Origin: Burkholderiales bacterium
GTDB taxonomy: Bacteria; Pseudomonadota; Gammaproteobacteria; Burkholderiales; SG8-39
NCBI GenBank assembly: GCA_035459025.1
Contig: DATHYT010000034.1
Location: forward strand, 9,072-73,071
Direction of reading: 5' to 3'
Length of the DNA stretch: 64,000 nt
Of this stretch, positions 57,952 through 64,000 are shown in pieces. Below the pieces are notes generated by a model. The model did no database searches, was not told where the DNA came from, and saw only the letters and a list, made by a program, of their open reading frames with translations. The position numbers were made by a program, and so were the translations under genes. Numbering within the stretch: position 1 is the stretch's first letter; each line of letters opens with the position of its first letter.

Positions 57952-59528
57952 AGCCGCACCGGCTCCTGGAACTCGCCCCAGCAGCGCTTGAGGCGCGCGA
58001 CCATCTCGCCCACGGTGGCGTAGGCGTGGCAGCACTCGACGAGCAGCGGCATCAGGTTCTCCTTGTCGTCGGCGGCCGCGGCCTCGAGCGCATCGAGCGC
58101 CCGCCCCGCGCGCGCCGCGTCGCGCCGCTGCTTCACGGCGGCGTGCTTGTCCAGCACGCGCGCGGCCGTGCCCGGGTCGAGGCGGAACACCTCGCCGAAG
58201 CTCTGCGCCTGCCCTTCGCGCCGGTAGCGGTTCATGCCGACCACCACGCGCTCGCCGCGGTCGGTCGCGTCCTTCTTCTCGCGGGCGCGCAACGCGATGC
58301 GGCGCTGCAGCCAGCCGTCCTCGATCGCCTTCACCACGCCGCCGTAGGCGTCGATCTCGCCCATCGCCTGGCGCATGCCTTCCTCCATGCGGTCGGTGAG
58401 CCACTCGACGTAGTAGCTGCCGCCGAGCGGATCCACGGTCGCCGCGACGCCGCTTTCGTGCTGCACGATCTGCTGCGTGCGCAATGCGAGCTCGGCGGAG
58501 AACTCGGTCGGGATCTGGAAGGCCTCGTCGTAGGCGCAGGTGAAAATCGACTGCGCGCCGCCGAGCACCGCGGCGAGGTTCTCGATCGCCACGCGCACGA
58601 TGTTGTTGTAGGGCTGCGCGGCGACGAGCGAGGAGCCGCCGCACACCACGCCGAAGCGAAAGTGCAGCGCCTTCTCGTCGGTAACGCCGTAGCGGCTGCG
58701 CAGCAGCTGCGCCCACAGGCGGCGCCCGGCGCGGAACTTGCACGCCTCCTCGAACAGGTCCATGTGCACGTAGAAGAAGAACGACAGCCGCCGCGCGAAC
58801 TTCGCCACGTCGCCGCCCCGGCGGATGAGCTCGTCCACGTAGGCGAGGCCGTTGGCGAGCGTGTAGGCCATCTCCTCCACCGCCGTGCAGCCCGCGTCGC
58901 GCACGTGCGCCCCGGCGATCGAGATCGCGTTGAAGCGCGGCGTCACCTCGTTCGCGTAGAGCACCGAGTCGGCGATCAGGCGCATCGACGGCCGCACCGG
59001 GAAGATCCAGGTGCCGCGCGCGACGTACTCCTTCAGGATGTCGTTCTGGATGGTGCCGGTGAGCTTGGCGCGCGGCACGCCCTGCTTGTCGGCCGCGGCG
59101 AGGTACATCGCGTAGATGATCGCCGCCGTGCCGTTGATGGTGAACGAGGTGGAGATCGCGCCGAGGTCGATGCCGTCGAACAGGGTCTCCATCTCCGAGA
59201 GCGAGAACAGCGACACGCCCACCTTGCCGACCTCCGGCCGCGCCATGGGGTCGTCGGGGTCGTAGCCGCATTGCGTGGGCAGGTCGAGCGCGACCGAGAG
59301 CCCGGTCTGCCCCTGCTCGAGCAGGAACCGGTAGCGCTGGTTGGACGTCTCCGCGGAGCCGAAGCCCGAGTACTGGCGGATGGTCCAGGGCCGCCCGCGG
59401 TAGCCGTCGGCGAAGATGCCGCGCGTATACGGATAGACGCCCGGCGCGCTGGGCGCGGCGGCCATCTCCTCGCGCACCACCACGGGCACCTCGATTCCCG
59501 AGGGCGTCGTTACGCGCGCGTCGCTCAT
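57948..59528 (-). CDS. acyl-CoA mutase large (substrate-binding TIM-barrel) subunit, divergent methylmalonyl-CoA-mutase family member
   Basis: PYTRGI, RPWTIRQYSGFGS, GLSVALDLPTQCGYD, GTIQNDILKEYVARGTW, PYNNIVRVAIE, LRTQQIVQHESG. Several family-invariant motifs are replaced (see findings). Confidence 0.88.
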   Translation of the reverse strand: MSDARVTTPSGIEVPVVVREEMAAAPSAPGVYPYTRGIFADGYRGRPWTIRQYSGFGSAETSNQRYRFLLEQGQTGLSVALDLPTQCGYDPDDPMARPEVGKVGVSLFSLSEMETLFDGIDLGAISTSFTINGTAAIIYAMYLAAADKQGVPRAKLTGTIQNDILKEYVARGTWIFPVRPSMRLIADSVLYANEVTPRFNAISIAGAHVRDAGCTAVEEMAYTLANGLAYVDELIRRGGDVAKFARRLSFFFYVHMDLFEEACKFRAGRRLWAQLLRSRYGVTDEKALHFRFGVVCGGSSLVAAQPYNNIVRVAIENLAAVLGGAQSIFTCAYDEAFQIPTEFSAELALRTQQIVQHESGVAATVDPLGGSYYVEWLTDRMEEGMRQAMGEIDAYGGVVKAIEDGWLQRRIALRAREKKDATDRGERVVVGMNRYRREGQAQSFGEVFRLDPGTAARVLDKHAAVKQRRDAARAGRALDALEAAAADDKENLMPLLVECCHAYATVGEMVARLKRCWGEFQEPVRL

Positions 59529-60268
59529 CGGCGCGCCCCGATTGCCCTGGCGGTGCGCTGCAGCGCCTCGGCGAGGGGCTTGAGCGCGGCCTCGATGCGG
59601 TGCGCGGGTCCGGCGACCACCACGGCGTAGAGCTCGCCGTCGATGCGCACCGGGGCGCCGAGCGCGTGCACGTCGGCGACGTTCTCGCCGCGCGTCGCGT
59701 ACCAGCCGCGCTTCGCGCCCGCCGCGAGGTCCTTTTCCAGCAGCTCGCGCCGCACGAGCGTGTTGCGCGTGACGCGCGCGAGCTTGAGCGTGTCGAGGAG
59801 CGCGGCGCGCTCGGCCGGCGGCAGCGCGCCAAGCAGTGCCTTGCCCGCCGCGCTCGAGTGCAGCGGCTTGCGGTCGCCGGGCTGTGCGCTGTAGCGGATC
59901 GAGTGCGGGGACTCGACGACGTTGAGGTACACGACCTCGGTGCCGCTCCTCTTGCCGAAAACGATCGTCTCGCCGGTGGCCCTGCCGAGCGCCTCGAGAA
60001 GCGGTGTTACGCGCTCGAGCATCGGATCGTGCTCGGCCACCGCGCGCGCCTTCTGCAGCCAGCGCAGCGTGGGGTACCAGCCCTTGCGCAGGCCGAGCTC
60101 GTACAGGTACCCGCGAAGCTCCAGGGTGCGCAGCAGCGCGTAGCAGGCAGACACCGGGATCGCGAGCCGGCGCGCGAGCTCGGCGATGCCGAGCGGCTCG
60201 CCCGCGGTGGCGAAGGTCTCCAGGATCTGCAGCGTGCGGTCGGCGCTCTTGACGGTCGACATGTTCAC
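59525..60268 (-). CDS. IclR-family transcriptional regulator
   Basis: SADRTLQILETFA...LGIAELARRLAIPVSACYALLRTLE (wHTH) plus an IclR effector domain. Start GTG 60268 or ATG 60262. The stop overlaps the mutase ATG (ATGA). Confidence 0.88.
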   Translation of the reverse strand: MNMSTVKSADRTLQILETFATAGEPLGIAELARRLAIPVSACYALLRTLELRGYLYELGLRKGWYPTLRWLQKARAVAEHDPMLERVTPLLEALGRATGETIVFGKRSGTEVVYLNVVESPHSIRYSAQPGDRKPLHSSAAGKALLGALPPAERAALLDTLKLARVTRNTLVRRELLEKDLAAGAKRGWYATRGENVADVHALGAPVRIDGELYAVVVAGPAHRIEAALKPLAEALQRTARAIGARR

Positions 60269-60288
60269 ATATGTGAAATAGCTTTCAC
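60264..60288. promoter_or_regulatory. candidate IclR operator: three TTCAC/GTGAA half-sites forming two overlapping palindromes
   Basis: TTCACATATGTGAA (60264-60277, perfect palindrome) overlapping GTGAAA-TAGC-TTTCAC (60273-60288). The site covers the iclR start codons within the 62-bp amidase/iclR spacer. Confidence 0.45.
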
Positions 60289-60330
60289 GATTGTGGCAGT
60301 GTGCCAGCGCGGCAAGGCGCGGGCAAGGGG

Positions 60331-61731
60331 TCAGCCCGCCAGCGGCGGGCGGCGCTTCCAGGCCTGCGTTTCCTGCTCGAACGCGTGCGCGAGCTGCAGC
60401 ACCCCGAAGTCATCGCGATAGCGCCCGATGACCTGCAGGCCGACGGGCAGCCCCGCCGGGGTGAAGCCCGCGGGCACCGAGATCGCCGGGTGGCTGGCGA
60501 TGGTGATGTAGTAGCAGCTCTTCATCCAGTCGAGATAGTTCGTCAGCTTCACGCCGGCGATCTCGGTCGGGTACTCGGTCTCGACCGGGAAGGGCGGCAG
60601 CTGGCTCACCGGCGCGAGCAGGAACTCGTAGGTCTCCAGGAACGCGCGCAGGCGCTGGTAGAGCTCGGTGCGCAGCACTTCGGCGCGCGCGATCTTCGCG
60701 CCGTCGAGCGCAAGCCCCTGCTCGATGTTCCAGATCACCGTGGCCTTCAGCTCGGCGCGGTGCGTCTTCAAGTACCGCGCGTAGCGCAGGGCGAAGGACA
60801 CCGCGCGCAGCGTCTCGAAGGCTTCCGTGGCGCCGCTGAAATCGGGGCAGGCTTCTTCGACGATGCAGCCGAGGTCCTGGAACACCCTGCGCTGCGCTTC
60901 CAGCACTGCGCTCACCGCGGGCTCCACCGGCAAGCCGCCGAAGTCTTTCGTCCACGCCATGCGCACTTTCTTGAAAGAGCGCTTGAGCGGCTTGGCGAAG
61001 ATCGATCCCGGCTCGGCGATCGACACCGGCGCGCGCCGGTCGGGCCCCGCCATGGCGGAGAGCAGGAAGGCGGCGTCTTCCACCGTGCGCGCGACCGGTC
61101 CGAGCACCGACTGGGTGTCCCAGGCGTTCGCCGCGGGGTAGGAAGGCACGCGGCCCGGCGTCGGGCGGAAGCCGACGACGTTGCAGTAGTTGCCGGGGTT
61201 CCGCAGGCTCGCGGCGAGGTCCGAGCCGTCGGCGAACGGCAGCATGCCGCAAGCGACCGCGGCCGCGGCGCCGCCCGAGGAGCCGCCCGCGGTCTTGGAA
61301 GGGTCGTAGGGATTGCGCGTCGCGCCGAACACCTTGTTGAAGGTGTTGCTGCCGGCGCCGAATTCCGGCGTGTTGGTCTTGCCCAGCGTGATCGCGCCCG
61401 CAGCCTTCAGGCGCTCGACCAGCAGCGCGTCTGCAGCCGGGACGTTGTCCTTGAAGACGAGCGATCCCATGGTGGTGCGGACGCCCTTCGTCGGCAGCAG
61501 GTCCTTGTAGGCGATGGGCAGGCCGGCAAGCGGCGGCTTCTTGCCTTTCTGGCGGTCCAGGGCCTTCGCTTCCTTCAGCGCCTGCTCGGGCAGGAAGGTG
61601 ACGATCGCGTTCACCTTGGGGTTCACGCGCTCGATCCGGGCGATGAAAGCCTGCATCACTTCTGTGGCGGAGAGCTTGCGCGCGTGGAGAAGGCGGGCGA
61701 GCTGGCGCGCGGGCGTATAGGGGATGTCCAT
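60331..61731 (-). CDS. amidase-signature family amidase
   Basis: GLPIAYKDLL, GKTNTPEFGAGSNT, AGGSSGGAAAAVA (Ser-cisSer-Lys signature). 466 aa. Confidence 0.88.
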   Translation of the reverse strand: MDIPYTPARQLARLLHARKLSATEVMQAFIARIERVNPKVNAIVTFLPEQALKEAKALDRQKGKKPPLAGLPIAYKDLLPTKGVRTTMGSLVFKDNVPAADALLVERLKAAGAITLGKTNTPEFGAGSNTFNKVFGATRNPYDPSKTAGGSSGGAAAAVACGMLPFADGSDLAASLRNPGNYCNVVGFRPTPGRVPSYPAANAWDTQSVLGPVARTVEDAAFLLSAMAGPDRRAPVSIAEPGSIFAKPLKRSFKKVRMAWTKDFGGLPVEPAVSAVLEAQRRVFQDLGCIVEEACPDFSGATEAFETLRAVSFALRYARYLKTHRAELKATVIWNIEQGLALDGAKIARAEVLRTELYQRLRAFLETYEFLLAPVSQLPPFPVETEYPTEIAGVKLTNYLDWMKSCYYITIASHPAISVPAGFTPAGLPVGLQVIGRYRDDFGVLQLAHAFEQETQAWKRRPPLAG

Positions 61732-61764
61732 GGCTTCAGTCTATCGCGCTAGACTTCTCCGGCT

Positions 61765-62439
61765 ATGCTCGGCCGCGCCGCCATGCTGCTGTTCTTCGAC
61801 ATCGCCCCGGAGGCGATCGCCGAGCACGACGACTGGCATACGCACGAGCACCTGCCCGAGCGATTGTCGATCCCGGGATTCCTGCGCGGCACGCGCTGGG
61901 TGGGCTTGCGCGGCGGGCAGTCGCGGTATTTCGTGATCTATGAGGTGCGCGACACCGGCGTCCTGACCTCCGCGGCCTATCTCGAGCGGCTCAACAACCC
62001 CACGCCGTGGACCCAGAAGATGATGCCGAGCTATCGCGGGATGACGCGGGGTTTCTGCGCCGTGACCGGGAGCGCCGGGCTGGGGATGGGACACGCCGCG
62101 CTGGTGGTGCGGTTCAAGCCTGGCGATGCGGCGCCATTGCGCGATTGGCTCGTGAAAGAGGTCATACCCGGGCTTGCGACGCGGCCGGGGCTGGGTGGCT
62201 GCTTCCTGTTCGAGTCGGCCGTCGCGCCGCCGATGACGCGTGAGCAGCGCATTCGTGGAGCGGACGCGGGCGTGGATTGGGCGCTGGTGGTCACCGGGTA
62301 CGACGAGGAAACGGTTGCCGGTGTCGAGCGCGCTGATTTGGCGAAGACTCGACTGGAAGGTCGCGGGGCGGCGATAGCGGGTTTCGGCCTCTACCGCACG
62401 CACTACACGCTTTACGAGGCCGAGGCGAAGCGTTCTTGA
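61765..62439 (+). CDS. hypothetical protein, apparent tandem ferredoxin-like (EthD/Dabb-like) halves
   Basis: Divergent from the amidase gene. Likely start ATG 61783 (MLLFFDIAPEAIAEHDDWHTHEHLPERL). The second half repeats the pattern (ALVVRFKPGDAAPLRDWLVKEVIPGL). No family recognised with confidence. Confidence 0.6.
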   Translation: MLGRAAMLLFFDIAPEAIAEHDDWHTHEHLPERLSIPGFLRGTRWVGLRGGQSRYFVIYEVRDTGVLTSAAYLERLNNPTPWTQKMMPSYRGMTRGFCAVTGSAGLGMGHAALVVRFKPGDAAPLRDWLVKEVIPGLATRPGLGGCFLFESAVAPPMTREQRIRGADAGVDWALVVTGYDEETVAGVERADLAKTRLEGRGAAIAGFGLYRTHYTLYEAEAKRS

Positions 62440-62442
62440 GGA

Positions 62443-63900
62443 CTACATCAGCACGACGTCGTACTGCTCCGGCGTATACCCCGGCTCGACCTGCAGCGAG
62501 ATCGGCTTGCCGATGAAGTCCTGCAGCATCGCCACCGACCCCGACTCCTCCTCCTGCAGCAGGTCGATCACCGCCTGCGCGCCCAGCACGCGGAACTCGC
62601 GCGCGTTGAAGGCGCGCGCCTCGCGCAGGATCTCGCGCAGGATCTCGTAGCACACGGTGCGCGCGGTCTTCACCGCGCCGCGCCCGTCGCATACCGGGCA
62701 GGGCTCGCACAGCACGTGCGCGAGCGACTCGCGCGTCCGTTTGCGCGTCATCTCCACGAGGCCGAGCTGGGTGAAGCCGCTCACCGTCATCCTCGTGCGG
62801 TCGCGCGCCAGCGCCTTCTTCAGCTCCTCCAGCACCGCGGCGCGATGCTCGTCGGACTGCATGTCGATGAAGTCGACGATGATGATGCCGCCGAGGTTCC
62901 TGAGGCGCAGCTGCCGCGCGATCGCCTGCGCCGCCTCGAGGTTGGTCTTGAACACGGTGTCGTCGAAACTGCGGCTGCCGACGTAGCCGCCGGTGTTGAC
63001 GTCGATCGTGGTCATCGCCTCGGTCTGGTCGATGAACAGCGTCCCGCCCGATTTCAGGTCGACGCGGCGCGAGAGCGCCTTCTCGATCTCCGCCTCGACG
63101 TTGTACAGGTCGAACAGCGGCCGCTCGCCGGCGTAGTGCTCGAGCCGGCCGCGCAGCTGCGGCGTATAGGTCTCGGCGAACGCCGCGAGCTTCTGGAAGT
63201 TCTCGCGCGAGTCCACGCGCACCACGTCGGTGGCGTCGGTGACCATGTCGCGCAGCACGCGCTGCGCGAGCGACAGGTCCTGGTGCACGAGCAGCGGCGG
63301 CTGCGCACCGAGCGCGCGGTCGCGGATATCGGCCCACAGGTGGCGCAGGAACGCGATGTCGGCGGCGAGCTCGGCGTCGCTCGCGCCCTCGGCGAGCGTC
63401 CGGATGATGAAGCCGCCCTTTTCCTCGGGCGGCACCAGCGCGCGCACCTGGTCCCGCAGCGCCTGGCGGCCGCTCTCGTCTTCGATCCTTTGCGAGATGC
63501 CGATGTGCGGGTCCTGCGGCAGGTACACGAGCAGCCGCCCGGCGATCGACACCTGGGTGGAGAGCCGCGCGCCCTTGGTGCCGATCGGGTCCTTCACTAC
63601 CTGCACGAGCAGCGGCTGCCCCTCGGCCAGCACCTTCTCGATGGGCTTGGCCGCCTCGCCGTCAGCGCGGCGCTGCTCCCAGATGTCGGCGACGTGCAGG
63701 AACGCGGCGCGCTCCAGGCCCACCTCGACGAACGCCGACTGCATGCCGGGCAGCACGCGCGCCACGCGTCCCATGTAGATGTTGCCCACCAGCCCGCGGC
63801 TCGCCGCACGCTCGATCAGCAGCTCCTGCACCGCGCCGGAGTGCACCGCCGCGACGCGCGTTTCCTGCGGCGTGATGTTAACGAGGACTTCTTCGCTCAC
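62443..63900 (-). CDS. rng: ribonuclease G
   Basis: S1 domain GNIYMGRVARVLPGMQSAFVEVG, FIDQTEAMTTIDVNTG, IIIVDFIDM, C-terminal CPVCDGRG. GTG start at 63900. Confidence 0.92.
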   Translation of the reverse strand: MSEEVLVNITPQETRVAAVHSGAVQELLIERAASRGLVGNIYMGRVARVLPGMQSAFVEVGLERAAFLHVADIWEQRRADGEAAKPIEKVLAEGQPLLVQVVKDPIGTKGARLSTQVSIAGRLLVYLPQDPHIGISQRIEDESGRQALRDQVRALVPPEEKGGFIIRTLAEGASDAELAADIAFLRHLWADIRDRALGAQPPLLVHQDLSLAQRVLRDMVTDATDVVRVDSRENFQKLAAFAETYTPQLRGRLEHYAGERPLFDLYNVEAEIEKALSRRVDLKSGGTLFIDQTEAMTTIDVNTGGYVGSRSFDDTVFKTNLEAAQAIARQLRLRNLGGIIIVDFIDMQSDEHRAAVLEELKKALARDRTRMTVSGFTQLGLVEMTRKRTRESLAHVLCEPCPVCDGRGAVKTARTVCYEILREILREARAFNAREFRVLGAQAVIDLLQEEESGSVAMLQDFIGKPISLQVEPGYTPEQYDVVLM

Positions 63901-64000
63901 GCCGCCCTCCGATCTTCTGCAGCAGCTGCGCGGTTTCGTACAGCGGCAGTCCGATGATGCCCGACTGGCTGCCGCGGATCTCGGCGATGAACAGCGCCGC
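63878..64000 (-). CDS. maf: Maf-like nucleoside-triphosphate pyrophosphatase, C-terminal 40 codons only (continues beyond window)
   Basis: Translation AALFIAEIRGSQSGIIGLPLYETAQLLQKIGG... matches the Maf/YhdE C-terminus (GS..VVGLPL.ET..LL). TAA at 63878-80. Overlaps the rng start by 23 nt. Confidence 0.75.
   Translation of the reverse strand, partial: AALFIAEIRGSQSGIIGLPLYETAQLLQKIGGRRERRSPR

Noticed and set aside
57538-59832. 764-aa ORF suggesting a fused large mutase/B12 protein, and similarly 36830-38464 (544 aa) and 31422-33701.
   Set aside because: Only the last 137 codons (57538-57951) give a cobalamin-domain sequence. The remainder is a shadow frame over the mutase large subunit. In the same way, the gatA-overlapping part of 36830-38464 and the 5' extension of mrdA carry no meaningful sequence.
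50687-62442. The block after tRNA-Arg as a mobile genomic island.
   Set aside because: I saw no integrase, transposase, plasmid or phage genes. By eye there is no direct repeat of the tRNA 3' end. GC content and codon usage are indistinguishable from the flanks. I keep it only as a metabolic locus of possible accessory nature, not as a mobile element.

Overview
This is a 64 kb, roughly 70% GC, very gene-dense chromosomal segment. Gene content and order point to a Betaproteobacterium of the Rhodocyclales or Burkholderiales type. I support about 66 protein genes and one tRNA (tRNA-Arg, anticodon CCG). I saw no rRNA, CRISPR array, transposase, integrase or phage genes. Most of the window is core housekeeping: thrB, phoBR, the ubiE/Tim44-like/ubiJ/ubiB ubiquinone cluster, hemJ, pilT-pilU, yggS-proC-yggT, aceA-aceK, mreBCD-mrdA-rodA, gatCAB, pyrE, xthA, ampG, metXW, a permease-less PTS (EIIA-Man/HPr/EI) behind gshB, and rng-maf. 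Genes are packed by start/stop overlaps (ATGA, TGATG, GTGA). All eight convergent gene junctions have a gap of 4 nt or less, and four of them share a palindromic CTAG double stop. The most interesting part lies to the right of tRNA-Arg (about 50.7-62.4 kb). It holds an acyl-CoA-dehydrogenase-fold protein carrying the signature of a 3-sulfinopropionyl-CoA desulfinase rather than a dehydrogenase, and a TAXI-TRAP transporter. It also holds an ATGA-coupled operon: an IclR regulator, a strongly divergent split B12 acyl-CoA mutase, and a single ORF fusing a class III CoA-transferase to a MeaB-type G-protein chaperone. Second-tier items are listed here. (1) A tightly packed eight-gene array of small membrane, zinc-ribbon and Cys-rich proteins plus two alpha/beta hydrolases directly behind pilTU, including an ORF too short for the supplied track. 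(2) A secreted Cys-rich protein inserted between gatA and gatB. (3) A large protein with an intact C-terminal PilZ c-di-GMP motif pair. (4) Structured leaders upstream of metX and gatC. All functional calls come from reading the translations and recalling family motifs. No database search was run.
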